Assembly: GCA_964016885.1 (NCBI GenBank)
Contig: OZ024742.1
Coordinates: 203,236,001-203,300,000 of the forward strand
Length of the DNA: 64,000 nt
From: Eledone cirrhosa
Taxonomy: Eukaryota
Direction of reading: 5' to 3'
Both the position numbers and the translations under genes were made by a program. The notes under the pieces are model-generated. The model was not told where the DNA came from. It saw only the letters and a list, made by a program, of their open reading frames with translations, and did not search any database. Of this stretch, positions 27,053 to 41,233 are shown in pieces; the first letter of the stretch is position 1, and each line of letters begins with the position of its first letter.

Positions 27053-29605
27053 TCATTACGCCTGAGCCAGGCCCAGTTCACAACTGTAAAGAAACTCTTC
27101 CAGCTATCTGAAAAGCGCGCCAAAGCCGGCTGCCAAATAAACTTCCTAAAACGATGCCTGAATAACAACATCATTCCCCAAACCATCAAAAATGTACACC
27201 TACCAACATGCTTCAAATCACCAGGCCTCAAACGATCACTCAGTTACATACAAAAATTCTGCCTAAGAAAACGCATACAACACCTACACCGCACGCTACA
27301 ACATCACATACGGACTATTTCCAGCCTTGTACCACAACTCGCTGAAACCCCAGAACCTCTGTCCAGGGTCATCTCCGCCACTATAGACAGGTCATACCAC
27401 CACCGCCGAGACTACGAGAAAATACGTCTAACACAAAAATTTCTCAAACTCAGGACGGCCAACTGTCTTAACAACATCCCAACGCTAAACACCAACAGAG
27501 GCGAACAATACGTTACCAACACCGAACCTAGCGGCACCCCGACCAACAACACACCTGACGCAAAACACCTCGTCACAGACTTGACAGGATCCCTCTCCCG
27601 AGAGGAATTAGACCTCCTCAGCCTGGGTCCCAAGTTCATATTGAAACAGAGACTGGACGACAGACTATGGCTCGACATAGAAACGAATTTCTGTCGGGCT
27701 GCCTACCAACTGAAATGGATATCGACTCTCGACAACAACACCACGGAATCCACCACACCCAGATTCCCGATATACCAACTAGATCGCCCACTCTATCCAC
27801 CGCCCGCCAACCGCGAGCTGGAAGAAAAACTCTCGAGACTAAAACATTCCGTATTTAACATCTTACGGAAACAGAAGAAGATGGCCCCAAACCTCTCCAG
27901 GACACAACAACTCGCCCTGAAGAACCTACGGAATAAGGAACTTATTTACTTACCATCCGACAAAGGTAAAGAGTTCTGCGTCATCTCTCAAGCCACATAC
28001 AATAACCTAGCCTTCGAACACCTTAGCGACAGTGAATTATACACAGTGATCCCGGACATGACTGCAGCCCAAATCGAAAAACAGACCAACTCCATTTGGT
28101 TCGATATCTGTAGGAGAAGACAACTCCCGAATACAGTTAAGCTCAACTACACCACTAGAAATAGCAGACTGCCCACTTTCTACCACCTCACCAAGACCCA
28201 CAAGAATAGCACTAAGACGCAAATAAGACCCATCGTCTCTAGCATAGAAGGACCCCTATACAAAATTTCCTGGCTTCTCTCCCAGGTCCTCAAGCCTCTA
28301 CTCTCCACCTTCCCCGGGCATGTCAGTAGCTCCGACGAAGTTATACGTAGACTACACCAACTCCAGCCAGAACAACTTAAACTAAATAAATACGCTTTTA
28401 GCCTCGACGTTGTCTCCCTCTACACTACAGTCCCCGCTCACCCAGCTGTCGATTTATTGACGGACTGCGTGGTCGCAGAGAACATCCACTGCTACGGCCT
28501 CCACCCGACGGACATACACCAGCTTTTCTCCTTCACAGTAGACAACACGTACTTCACCTTCCACCACCACACATACAGACAGACAACAGGATTACCCATG
28601 GGATCCAGCCTTTCAGGCCTGCTGGCCATCACCTACATGAACCAGCTAGAATGCCGAGCCCTCAACACCTGCCATTCCCATGCCTTCTTCACCCGATATG
28701 TAGATGACATACTCATCCTTACATCATCCCGTGAGGAGGCAGAGAAAATATACACAACATTCTCCAGCATGGACGCCAGTATAAAGTTCAGCATGGAACA
28801 CCCCGATGACCGCGGATCCCTATCCCTACTGGACTTCCAACTCAGGGTAACAGAGGAAGGCAACATCCACACCTGCTTCTATAAAAAATCCGCCAGCAGG
28901 GACCTGTTCGTGCATTTCAGATCGGCCCTCCCACTCGGTGTCAAGTTCGGATACATAAAGAACGAACTGGCACGTATCAAGAACAAATTCACCGACGCCA
29001 GAGACCGAGACACACACACCACACATTTCCTGGAAGTACTCAAACTGAACGGATACACGACATCCACCACAAACCGTGCCAGAAAGAACAGAGGACACCA
29101 CACCCGAGGCACTAACACTTGCTTCCTGAAGCTCCCACACTTCAGTGAAGAAACAACAACAGCCATCCGCAGAGCCATCAGACGAGAGGGACTGGATATC
29201 CAACTGGCCCATTCGGGTCCTTCTCTGCGCGGACGGCTGGCCAAGAGACACTCCACCAGACATGATAACTGCTGCAGACTAGCCAACTGCCCCATCAACG
29301 ACACAGACCTATGCCACCAGGCTTACGTAGTATACAGACTAGAGTGTGACAAATGCAACAACTTCTACGTAGGTAGCACCACCAGACCACTCCACATAAG
29401 AATAAAAGAACACCTCAATACTAACGCTTCCTCATTTAAGAAACACCTAGTTAAATGCAAAAACACCGATAAAAACATAACAGTTAGGATAGAAACTAAG
29501 GAAAGAAACCTCGGCAATCTTAGAATTAAGGAAGCACTTATTATAGATAAAACACATTCACCAATCAATAATAGACTAGAGCTCAACACCCAATTTATAA
29601 CCTGA
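27053..29605 (+). CDS. PLE reverse transcriptase + C-terminal GIY-YIG endonuclease (~850 codons open, no ATG)
   Basis: Frame read stop-free from 27053: FLKRC..NIIP, LSLGPKF, SDKG, KTHK...RPIVS, SLDVVSLYT, GLPMGS, RYVDD, LLD, VVY...YVGST...RIKEH. Confidence 0.92.
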   Translation, partial: SLRLSQAQFTTVKKLFQLSEKRAKAGCQINFLKRCLNNNIIPQTIKNVHLPTCFKSPGLKRSLSYIQKFCLRKRIQHLHRTLQHHIRTISSLVPQLAETPEPLSRVISATIDRSYHHRRDYEKIRLTQKFLKLRTANCLNNIPTLNTNRGEQYVTNTEPSGTPTNNTPDAKHLVTDLTGSLSREELDLLSLGPKFILKQRLDDRLWLDIETNFCRAAYQLKWISTLDNNTTESTTPRFPIYQLDRPLYPPPANRELEEKLSRLKHSVFNILRKQKKMAPNLSRTQQLALKNLRNKELIYLPSDKGKEFCVISQATYNNLAFEHLSDSELYTVIPDMTAAQIEKQTNSIWFDICRRRQLPNTVKLNYTTRNSRLPTFYHLTKTHKNSTKTQIRPIVSSIEGPLYKISWLLSQVLKPLLSTFPGHVSSSDEVIRRLHQLQPEQLKLNKYAFSLDVVSLYTTVPAHPAVDLLTDCVVAENIHCYGLHPTDIHQLFSFTVDNTYFTFHHHTYRQTTGLPMGSSLSGLLAITYMNQLECRALNTCHSHAFFTRYVDDILILTSSREEAEKIYTTFSSMDASIKFSMEHPDDRGSLSLLDFQLRVTEEGNIHTCFYKKSASRDLFVHFRSALPLGVKFGYIKNELARIKNKFTDARDRDTHTTHFLEVLKLNGYTTSTTNRARKNRGHHTRGTNTCFLKLPHFSEETTTAIRRAIRREGLDIQLAHSGPSLRGRLAKRHSTRHDNCCRLANCPINDTDLCHQAYVVYRLECDKCNNFYVGSTTRPLHIRIKEHLNTNASSFKKHLVKCKNTDKNITVRIETKERNLGNLRIKEALIIDKTHSPINNRLELNTQFIT

Positions 29606-30010
29606 TAGGGCCTCTAGCCCCATATTTACACACCCCACACACACGCACGCGCACACACACACGCTTACACCTCCACTTATTCTCTCTCACACATACACAC
29701 ACATAACCAGTTCTAACACCAGATAACACCTACCCCCCACTTTTACGATTAGACCTATCTTCCCACACTCACACCCACACACCCGCATACCTTCTCCCAC
29801 ACACATATACAGGCACGTATATAAAATAAAAAAAAAAAAAAATAAATAAAAAAAAAAATAAACCCTAAACAAACCCCTCTTAAAGGGAGACTACTCTTTA
29901 TCCACCTAATTTTAATTCTTTGATATTAGAGTTAGAACAGATACTCTATACTATTTCCGGTCAGCATGGCTTGGCTAGAAATTTAAGACGCTGGTTTGAG
30001 ACCTTTATTT

Positions 30011-30047
30011 CCCTCCGAAGAAGAGATATTATCTCGAAAATTAAGGA
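30011..30047 (+). ncRNA. Tentative minimal hammerhead, CCGAAGA core variant
   Basis: cct-CCGAAGA-agagat/atctc-GAAA-at-TA-agg; only 3-bp stem I, but in the expected pLTR position. Confidence 0.5.
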
Positions 30048-30160
30048 CATTTAAATAAATTCAAGGTGAAAGACGAATTCTTTTACTATTGCATTCTTTT
30101 TTCTATGTCCATACCTGCATTGTTTTGGCCTTATTACACATATTCAAACGTTTATATATA

Positions 30161-30204
<44 letters not shown>

Positions 30205-30850
30205 TGTATTTTAACTCCTAGAATTAACGATTAACTGATTAATTTAATTAGACAATTCTATTGATTGATTAATTGTTTGTTTGTTTGATAACTTCTGGTT
30301 GAGTGCTCAATTCGGTTTGTATAAGGGAATTTCATTCCTTTTTCTCAAATCTCGAATTCACCGCCAAAACGGGGGTTACCTCCTTTGGAGTAAACCACGT
30401 GTCTATAGCGAAATTTACTGCTAGAAAACACACCCGCTGAGGCTATAGAACACTTGTTGACGAAGTAAATCCTTTGTTCTGTCGTGAAAGGCCATTAACT
30501 TGCAGACCGCTGCAAGCGGATTTAGTCGATCTCGGATCTATAGAAACCTAGCGTGGATGTTGTATGTTATATGTGATGTATATCGTATGCTATACGATAT
30601 GCGTTATGTGTTGCATTCGATCTCCGCGTGATGGTCCAGGTCAGTCAAAAATCTTTTCCTGAGTTCAGTATTTTTCGTTGCTATGGCAATGCGGCTGGAC
30701 TCCCGGTCGCTATATTTGATCTGCAAAGCTGTCTAAACGTATTGTTATAACTCAGGGGTATTATTCGCCATCGAGTGCTAAAGCTACATTCCGAATCTGC
30801 ATTCGTTAGCTTAGCCGCAGCCTAAAGCTTCGTTAATGCTGTACTATATT

Positions 30851-30928
<78 letters not shown>

Positions 30929-30975
30929 CATATTCATATATATATATATATACATATACACATATATATATATAC

Positions 30976-31008
<33 letters not shown>

Positions 31009-32188
31009 GATATATAGATATATATGCTCTAGTAAAAAATTGGTAGAAATATCCAACGGTAAGAGCACTCAGTCCATGAGAATTACCTTAAGGGTACACG
31101 TGTTTGTGAAATGCCCAGCAATATACACGCTAATTTCAGGAGAAGGCTGTTCCATTGTTGAAACAACTGAAACTCTAGCCTTTGGCCCATATGGAAGCTC
31201 AACAACTTGTATGTACGTATGTATGTATGTATGTATGTATGTATGTATGTATGTATGTATGTATGTATGTATAATGCATGCATGTATGTATATATGTATG
31301 GATACATGTAATTTTTTGTGTATATATGAATATATGGAGATTAGGATGCAGAGAGATAGATTGATACAAACAAATACACACACAACTTCCCTCACACACA
31401 TTTATTGATATACGGTGGCATGTATATGTGTAGATATGGATGTATTGATATATGCATGGATGTATGGATGAATGTATGTATATATTTATGATGGTATCTG
31501 TGTATATAGATAGGTATATATGTAGGTACGTGTGTCTGTGTTTGTAAGTATGTGCGTGTGTGTAAGTGCGTAGTTACATTTCGTGTATTCATTGTCAATG
31601 ATAAAGCATTTATATTGCTGAAATATTATGAGAGAAAGTTTGTTTGAAAACCGGAAACATACGTTTACACATGCGCAGTCAAAGTCATTTATATTAATGT
31701 ACTGGCAGCCACAGATTATAGAGCAAAGATCCAATCACTAATGTGTATGTGAAAATGGTATGTATGCATATATATATATATATGCGTGTGTGTGAATGTG
31801 TACGTGTGTGAATGTGTACGTGTGTGTATGTGCGTTTGTTTGTGTGTGTGTGTGTGTGTATATATAGACGTCAGTTTCTATATATATATGAGTACATGTA
31901 TGTTTGTGCATGTGTAAGTATGCATGTATGTAAATATGTATGTACAATCTATCTATGTATAGATGATTCTCTGTATATAAGAATATATATGTGTGAGAGA
32001 GAGTATATATTTACGCATGCTATTATATATGTTTACACAAATATCTGTAATCCATATTACGAGATCTATACACGTTAATGTATATAGTCTCAATATATGT
32101 CTACTAACATTTCAAATGTGTATATATATAAAGAGTGAGAGTGATGGGTGAGAAAGTCATAGATACATTTACTTAAGTAAAAAGGATA

Positions 32189-32223
<35 letters not shown>

Positions 32224-32269
32224 GTATATATGTGTACATAAATATATATATATATATATGTGTACACAC

Positions 32270-32303
<34 letters not shown>

Positions 32304-32407
32304 GCATCCCATATATGTCTACTTATTAGTACCATGCATTTCTCGACTTTTCGATGAATTGTGAACCATACATTAAAGAAGGTTTTCACGCACACCCTTC
32401 ACTTCCC

Positions 32408-32442
<35 letters not shown>

Positions 32443-32444
32443 TA

Positions 32445-32568
<124 letters not shown>

Positions 32569-32613
32569 TATATGTGTATATAGATAATATATATATATGT
32601 ATATATATGTATG

Positions 32614-32689
<76 letters not shown>

Positions 32690-33083
32690 GACCGTCATTC
32701 CTCCATTATCCATCAATAGATTTCCACGAGAATTGTGCAGCGAATGTGTTAGGGTTGCTAGCCTACAAGTTGCAGATGCAGAGATGCGCAGTTACCATTT
32801 TCTATCCCCTCCTTTTGTCGTTCAGAGATCAGACTGAAAGAGTTCAACACTTTGATCTGTTGCCAACCGAAAATATCCATCACTAGGGGGGGGGGGGGGG
32901 GGGGTGTATTAAAATAAATACGTATGTATAAGAAAATAGGTTGTGTATATGTGTGTTTGTGTGTTTGTGTATGTGTTTGTGTGTGTGTGTGTGCGTGCGG
33001 CCTTTTATTTAGTATATGTGTGAGTTCACGTGCTTGATATATCTATATATATATATACTTACTTACATACATATATACACACA

Positions 33084-33201
<118 letters not shown>

Positions 33202-33506
33202 TATATATATATATATATATATATTCATACCATATGTAATAAACACAGGCGTAAATATAGACACAAATATTCTTACATATATATATATCTGTGTGTGTGT
33301 GTGTGTGTGTGTGTTTGTGTGTTGTGTGTGTGAGTGTGCTTGTTTGAGTGTACATATACGTGTGTATGTTTATGTTGTTTCGTTTTCCGCTTCCTTGTCC
33401 ATTCTGCTCTTGCTGCTCTTGAGATAGATTTTTCTTTGGCATATTTTCCTGAGAAGGATCTGAGATAAGTATGGACATGAAAGTAAAACACATACAAACA
33501 CACATC

Positions 33507-33635
<129 letters not shown>

Positions 33636-33701
33636 TGTGCGTGCGTGTGGGTGTGTGCATGCGTGTGTGTATTTATATAAATATATATATATAAATATAT
33701 A

Positions 33702-35283
33702 TGTAGGAGGTGAGTTTTATTGTAGTACAATAAAGCAATGCAGATATCGGATAAGAAGCACTCTACAGTTTGTAGGACTGGAGTATACATAATATATAAG
33801 AACAAAACTTGATAAAAACTTAATTTATGAATGTAAAGTTATAACTGACACCAATTCCTTCACCTATTTTGGCTCCACTTCCACCTCTTTTAAAGCTCGT
33901 CTCTATAATCATCATTCATCTTTTAAATACAAACTTAAAAGAACCAACACGGCTCTCTCAGAACTCATATGGTCCTTGAAAGACAAAAACATTAAATATA
34001 CCATCTTTTGGAAGAAGGTTTCTTCTGCGTACTTGAACAGTTCTCTATCTAAAATCTGCAATCTCTGCCTAAATGAAAAATTTACCATTATCTCTAATCT
34101 AGATTCTATAATAAATAGACGCACTGACTTGTTTTCTATCTGCTTGCATAAATTCCATAAAACATTTCACAAAGTATACAGCTAATATTCAATTCTTTAT
34201 CAATTTAGAATCTTTTTCTCAAAGGCACATATACATACACCTTTTTAAAAATATACCCATCTTTCTACCTTATTTCAAAGGGTATTATACATTCTATACT
34301 ACTTGTTTACTCATTACCCTTACTCTATATCACCTTGTAAAATCCTTCGTAAACATATACATTTGTTTTGACGCTAGATTATTCATCCTTAATTCATTAT
34401 TTTTTGCTCCCTATCATCTAACTCATTCTCAATACATATTAAGATTTTCTTTTTCTTCGCACATATTATCAATTCCTTCAATATACAAACCTTAACTTCA
34501 CATTATTTTTCTCAAATCCTTCAATATACAAACCTTAACTTTACATTTTTTTTTCTCTTCGTTAATTTTCAAATTTCCATAATACTTGTTGACTCTTTCT
34601 ACACCACCCATATTTATCACTTCCTTTTCCTCTCTTCTAATATCTAACCCCTAATCTGTACCTTTTCTCACTCTTGCCTAACATAGAATCAATTATTACA
34701 TAATACAACACATTCTTACTCTATATCACCTTATAAAAATCCTTCGTAAACATATACATTTTTTTTTGACGTTAGAATATTCATCCGAAATTCATTATTC
34801 TCTTCTCTCTATCATCAAACTCATTATTCTCAATACATATTAACTCCCTCTCCTTCTTCGCACATATTTTTCCCTTCGTTAATTTTCAAATTTTTTTAAT
34901 TTATACATTATCTTCCAACGGTTTTCAACCTCTCTATGTAAAATAATATATCTTTCTCAGTTATAAAAACTATCTCTCTCTCTCCTATCTCATCCTTCCT
35001 CATTATACTCCTTCCTCTCCCCCTTCACTCTCATCTCCTCCTTTTTTTCACCCCCCCCTCTAAATAAAATATTTTTCCCAATATCACACATCAATCTAAA
35101 ACTACTTCTCATATGTTGATTTAAAACTGAACTATCCACAAGTGTTTTTTAGCCTTCATAGCATGTCCTCCTGTTTTATCTGATGAAAACACAAATATTA
35201 TTGCATGATGATATTTGTTTTTGAAATGCGCATAATAAAATACATGGAACTCCTTTAACCATCTTTTGTTCTTATATATTATA
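33702..35283 (+). mobile_element. PLE 3' fragment (GIY-YIG end, 3' UTR, HHR) with inverted 5' pLTR piece
   Basis: ELIWSLKD...ICNLCLNEK...IINRR (33950-34185); 33783-33807 is inverted relative to 35264-35285; internal ~400-bp duplication. Confidence 0.8.
35172..35242 (+). ncRNA. Type-I hammerhead ribozyme (CUGAUGA)
   Basis: tgttttat-CTGATGA-aaacacaaatatt/gatatttgtttt-GAAA-tgcgca-TA-ataaaata. Confidence 0.85.
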
Positions 35284-35295
35284 TAAATATATATG

Positions 35296-35403
<108 letters not shown>

Positions 35404-35620
35404 TATAATTGGAAAATAGTACAATCGAATCTCTGGCGGTTTGCAAGTAAATTCGGCCTACTTATATGAAATGATGAGTTAGCAAAGCACTCGATAAGTT
35501 GGGGCCTTAGAGTAATAACATACGTTTAAATAGCTTGACAAATCGAGCATTGTAGTAGGCGAATCTAACACACAATATATACCAAAAGTCACGATAGAAC
35601 TAATCAGGTTGAGAAAAATC

Positions 35621-35653
<33 letters not shown>

Positions 35654-35695
35654 CATATATATATACACAGTTACATCTGCCACTCAATGGTAGGG

Positions 35696-36498
35696 TATAT
35701 AAATACATAAACGGAGAAAGCTAATAGCGATACTCCGGCCAAATTCCAACTCACTCAACAAACATTAGGAAATATCTGAGTATATTCCTAATTAAACGTT
35801 CGGGGTGCTAACTATATTGTGTTGTGTGGAAAATTGGCTGTATCATTTCATATGAAACATATCAAATATATCACTTCCCAGACGACTCGTTTCATTATAA
35901 GATTTCTACAAGTTGGGTGAAATTATACCAAATTATGTAGAAGCTTGTATAAGATCAACAGATACTTATACAAGTGGGCTCTTATAATTCTTCAGTGGGT
36001 GCCCAATAATATTAATATTGATAACCAAATCAACATCAATATTTAGCGATAATCACCATTAGTGCTTGAGGGGGCTGCTAGGTTGTTAGTCCAGCAGTTC
36101 TAAAGAAAATCTCACACTGTCTCGAAAATAGGAGGAATGAGACTAACGCCAAAAACAATACATGCGCAGGTCAGTTGAATTCCGATACGAATTCAAGCCA
36201 CGTGCTCAGAATTCAATTGGATATGTAAAAATAACAATATGTGCGCTTCGCTTAATGACACATATAGATATTTTCTCGGGCAAAATAACAGAATGAGATA
36301 CAAGAACAAACAGTCAATATTCATATAAAAAATAAACAAAGAGAGTCATACCTTATATCGGGAAAGTTCATATCTGTTGCACCAAGAGTAAATATATAAA
36401 TACATAAACGGAGAAAGCTAATAGCGATACTCCGGCCAAATTCCAACTCACTCAACAAACCTTAGGAAATATCTGAGTATATTCCTAATTAAACGTTA
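35696..36498 (-). mobile_element. Non-coding HHR element with ~100-bp terminal direct repeat (697-nt period)
   Basis: aaatacataaacggag...aaacgtt at 35701 and 36398; HHR inside; no ORF. Confidence 0.7.
35877..35999 (-). ncRNA. Hammerhead (CUGAAGA) with branched ~80-nt stem-II insertion
   Basis: Reverse complement: ccca-CTGAAGA-attataag[two hairpins: cttgtataag/cttatacaag and ttctaca/tgtagaa]cttataat-GAAA-cgagtcg-TC-tggg. Confidence 0.8.
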
Positions 36499-36577
36499 TA
36501 TATATATAAGTTTATCCCGGGTTCAATCGGGGGTAACCACAGTAAGTAAGCTACTGAATGCATAGCAGAGTATAAAT

Positions 36578-36698
36578 ATTTAATATAGATATGGCTTCTA
36601 CAGAACTGTTTCAGTGGGGAGAAATCATTAGGAAGCCCTGATGATTTCTCCCCAGTGAAACAGTTCTAGTCCTGTAGAAGCCATTTCTCTATTAAATA
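36578..36698 (+). mobile_element. Fold-back PLE tail with degenerate HHR
   Basis: Palindrome centred just 5' of CTGATGA (36638); GAAA-cag/ctg-TA; related copy at ~11985-12058. Confidence 0.6.
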
Positions 36699-36925
36699 TA
36701 TATATATAAAAGAAAATTTCGCTCTCCATGGCTGAATACAATAAATGTCATTTGAGTTTTTTGAATATTAATAATAACATTCGATTCATTTGCAATTATG
36801 CAAACAAGCCTCAATTTTTTAGCCATGTCAGTAGAATGAACACTTCATTTTTGCTCTTATGCTGGCATGCGAACAGAAACATTAGTGTCTGCAGTTCTGT
36901 TCGCATGCCAACATAAGAGCAAGAG

Positions 36926-37092
36926 GGCGGTGGATTGGCAGTATCGGTAGAGGGTCGGACGCCATGATTTGCAGCACAGTTACGTCCCTTTACGGACTGA
37001 GTTCAAATCCCGCCGAGGTTAACTTTGCCTTTCATCTTTACGGGGTCGATAAAATAAAGTATTGCTGGCTTTGTGCCAAATGTAGAAACAAT
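36926..37092 (+). mobile_element. tRNA-derived SINE
   Basis: Same A/B boxes and core as 25491. Confidence 0.8.
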
Positions 37093-37172
37093 TATTAATA
37101 TTCGAAAAACTCAGATTATATGTATACATATAAATATAAATATATATATATATGTATGTAAGTACGTATGTA

Positions 37173-37213
<41 letters not shown>

Positions 37214-37287
37214 TTATATATGTAAGTTAATGTGCACATGAATGTTTGTGTGTGTATGTGTGTATATATATATACTTATATATACTG

Positions 37288-37330
<43 letters not shown>

Positions 37331-38960
37331 AACATTCATGTGCACATTAACTTACACGCATACGCACACAAATATGCACTCGCATGCTAAAGCACAGACG
37401 CACATGTGTGTATATGTGCATGTTTGTATGTATATAAGTATGTATGTGCGTCTGTGCTTTAGCATACGAGTGCATGTTTGTGTGCGTGTGTAAGTTAATG
37501 TGCTCATGCATGTGTGTGTGTGTGTGTGTAAGTGAGAAATGCATTCTTTTAATTCTTTTATTTGGTCAGATTGTATGATATTGCCTGAGTGAACCTGGCG
37601 TTAAGGGTAGAATGAGTTCGACAGAATAAAAAAGTCGAATGAGAACAAGCACAAGAACACCGACAACAAAAAAGGAATAACAATGATTGTATTAGCAATA
37701 ATAAGAACAACCACAACAGTCGTAGCAACAGTGAAAAACCATTACTGCGTTACAGAGATGGACGGTCGTATCTTCAATATTATTGAACGAAAATATCTGC
37801 ATATATATACACATATATTATGTTGAACATTGAAAGAATAATAGAAGTTAGGTAAGATATATGTGTATATACGCAAAAAAAAAAAATTTCATGCACAACA
37901 GCTATATATATATCTATATATAAATATTTATATTTACATACATAGACACATACACATACACATATGTGTGAGTGTGTGCACCTCTGTCTCTGTGTGTCTG
38001 TGTCTCTCAGTGTGTATATGTATGTATCTGTGTGTGTGTATGTGTATGTGTGTGTGTGTTTGTGTGTCTCTCTGAGTGAGTATGCATGCAGATATAAACG
38101 AAATATCGGAAATCATATTATCTTTCAGCTAAAAGGCCCATATCTAGTTTTCTTACGTCGCTGGTTGCTGTGGCAAAGGAGAAAATTAGATTTTTACATT
38201 TATTGTAGGTATTATAAATTTCAAAATAATTTTCTTTTGCTAAAATGGAGGCCTGAATCTGTACGTGAGACTGCTGTAACTGTTGCACTTTGTGTTGTTG
38301 TTTTCGGTGTTGGTAGACATGTGGTCCTGATTCTTAATATTATAGGTGTAATAAACCTTCGTTGGTACAATGATGAGTCTATAAGTTGTTCGATCAATTT
38401 CGTGAAATTAACGTGCAAGTTACTGAGATTTCAACAGACACGTGTACTGCTATGTAAACCTCAGGTCGAGTCAACCTGACATGATATTTCACAATGGTTA
38501 TTTGAATAACGGTTAGAGATCATCCGATAGGCTTCCATATAGTTTCCGTCTACCTAATTTAACTCGCAAATCTTCAGTGGACATGATGCTATGATCAATG
38601 ATACTTGCACAATACGCCATACAGAGCAATGGAACACAGGATCCTCTGTTTGCCAAACGAACTTCTTAACCAATTAACCATGCTACGGCCACATATTTTA
38701 ATTCTCTTATAGAAATAAACATAGACATGTATGTATGTATCTTATTCTGGTTTTATAATTTCCCAATTTTTTTCCCAATAGAGAGAGAGTCGGTTTCTAA
38801 CATAGACACAAGACGCTCTCATTGGAATTTACACAACATCAACTAGGTAGATTATGTATGCATGCATGTGTAGATATGGATGTTATTGTATATGGATGTT
38901 ATATGTATATGGATGTGTATGTTTTGAGTTGTATGTGTGCATGCTTTGTATCTGCAGTTA

Positions 38961-39415
38961 TTAGATGCAAACCTTTTGGAATGTTTTACATATTTTTATT
39001 GCTCCATTAATGGATTGTACTTGTAATTTCCTAACTAGTTGTGTTCTTTCTGTTCCTGTGAAGCCTATCTTCTCAAGATTTGTATTGAGGCAGTTACTAA
39101 CATACCCCAGTGCCCCAATAATCACAGGCATACATCTGAAGGTGTAATCAGGGTGGAGTATCTGCAGATTTCTCATCAGTTCTGCATAAATATTCTCCAT
39201 TTCGCTAATCTATGACATTATATTGGCATCTGCTGGGCAGCTAATTTCCACTACTGTGCATGTTTTCTTCTCCCTGTCCCATATCATAATATCTGGTCTG
39301 TTATGCCTGCATTTTATTGGGGTTTTTACTAGAACATTCCACCAGTACTCTTTCATATTATGTACGTGGATGTCTTCCACATTGCTATAGCTTTTAATGT
39401 GTTTATTATCGAGGC
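38961..39415 (-). mobile_element. R4/Dong-like LINE 3' end (restriction-like endonuclease), degenerate
   Basis: EYWWN...HNRPDIMIWD...VEISCP...PVIIGALG (PD-(D/E)xK RLE signature) with an in-frame stop. Confidence 0.8.
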
Positions 39416-40069
39416 TATCTTTTTTAGCTTATCAAACGGTCTCCACCCTATTTTATAGCATCTCTGCGCTTGAGCACATCATCATTTTTATTAACTCTAT
39501 ATTCTCAGAGCTTCAAAAGAAGTCCGAGAGATCGGCAAGGTATATGGTTATAAACTTGGAGGCGACTATATTTTCAAATTCAAATGATATTTGAAACAGA
39601 AGTTATGTCAACCCCTTATATGTGGATACATCTACCAAGGTACCGAATTCCAGTCTTTGGACCAAATAATCCCAAACCTGCCTAATAATTCAGAAATTCT
39701 CAGAAACTATTAATAAAATGGCAAATAGTAATAATTCTTTCTAACATTGGCACAAGTCCAGCAAATTGGAGGGCTTGATTACTATTATATTTCAGACGGG
39801 GAGATCTCCCATCCACTTTGTGGTGGGTGAGAGATGTCTTACCTTGTGATAATGGGTATAACTATCCCGTTTTGGGGCACTTGTTTTCATGGTACGCCCC
39901 ATTTGTGTTTTTAGAGGTAGACAGATCTGATATTTTATCGACCCTGGGTGACTGAAACAGAAAGTTGATCTAATCGCAGACTGTTGTGAACCAGAACAAA
40001 TATCACAACATATGTTACCCAATACCCTAACGGCTGGTTGTGAATATTAACTCAAGACACCAATTTGGT

Positions 40070-40129
<60 letters not shown>

Positions 40130-40554
40130 GACACCTGTGCTGAACTGGTATTCCATCAGACACAAACGGAAGTAAAGCAAATTGGGCTTTGGCAGGATTT
40201 GAATTTAAAGCGTAGAGAGCCAGCTATAATACCGCAAATCATTCTATTCGACGCCTAAAAGTCTCTGCCATTTCACCATCATTCCTTCAGGTATCAGTCT
40301 ATAGTATTTGCAGCTGAATAAACACCATATGCATCAATCTCACTGGGCATGTAAAGATAACGGGTTCTGCCGTTATTACTTAAACTAATTAATAATTTAA
40401 AACAGCTGTAAGCTGGGAAATTCCAACACTCTGTTATTGTATACTGAAGATCGTACTAAAACACATTGAAACACCGTATAGGAATTACCCCCCCCCCCCC
40501 TTTCAAATGGTATGCAATTAAAACGATTAATCCAGTTGACGTATATATCCAGTT

Positions 40555-40607
<53 letters not shown>

Positions 40608-41140
40608 ATGGCGTATTTTTGTTTTTAATTTTTACATATAAACTGGATATGTGCGGGGTTTTCTATCCACACACGCGTATAGGAGGAGTGATGAAAAAAA
40701 AACAGAGCAGTGAGAGAGTGATAGTATGTGATTGAATGATTGGGTGTGAACGTGAGTGTTTGTGTGTCCGTACGTTGAAAAACAGGAGAAAAAATTTAGA
40801 GAGAAACACACAGAGAGAAAACGACATTATCACAAATGAAGACAGAGAGAAGGGCTGGGGTAGAAAATATGAAATAGATAAACATATAAGAAAAAAGAGG
40901 GATATTGGGTGTGATAGAGAGAGAAGGGGAAAGGGTGGATTGGATGCCGACCTAGAAAGGATGGCGCCTCAAGCAAATGCATTTTAATAACATGTACAGC
41001 GTAGCATACAAGTTGTGTTGCACTATTTTCATTGGCTGTATCAGGTTCAGAGAACAGCGACATTTTGTGATCTTAACAAAATCCTTCGCCTCATCTTTTT
41101 AGTATTTGTATATGCATGTATATGTATGTGTGTCCGATAT

Positions 41141-41190
<50 letters not shown>

Positions 41191-41202
41191 GTATGAATTG
41201 TG

Positions 41203-41233
<31 letters not shown>

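Larger units (their letters stand above)
27053..30152 (+). mobile_element. Near full-length Penelope-like element
   Basis: Long RT+GIY-YIG frame, 3' UTR with HHR-like motif at ~30011-30047, (TA)n on both flanks. Confidence 0.92.

Noticed and set aside
30400-30840. Segment similar to 11480-11850
   Set aside because: Probably two old copies of a decayed repeat (LINE 3' end); too degenerate to classify
38120-38480. Unique-looking segment, possibly an exon
   Set aside because: Frames are short, no recognisable protein, splice sites unconvincing, and the right end is SINE-like
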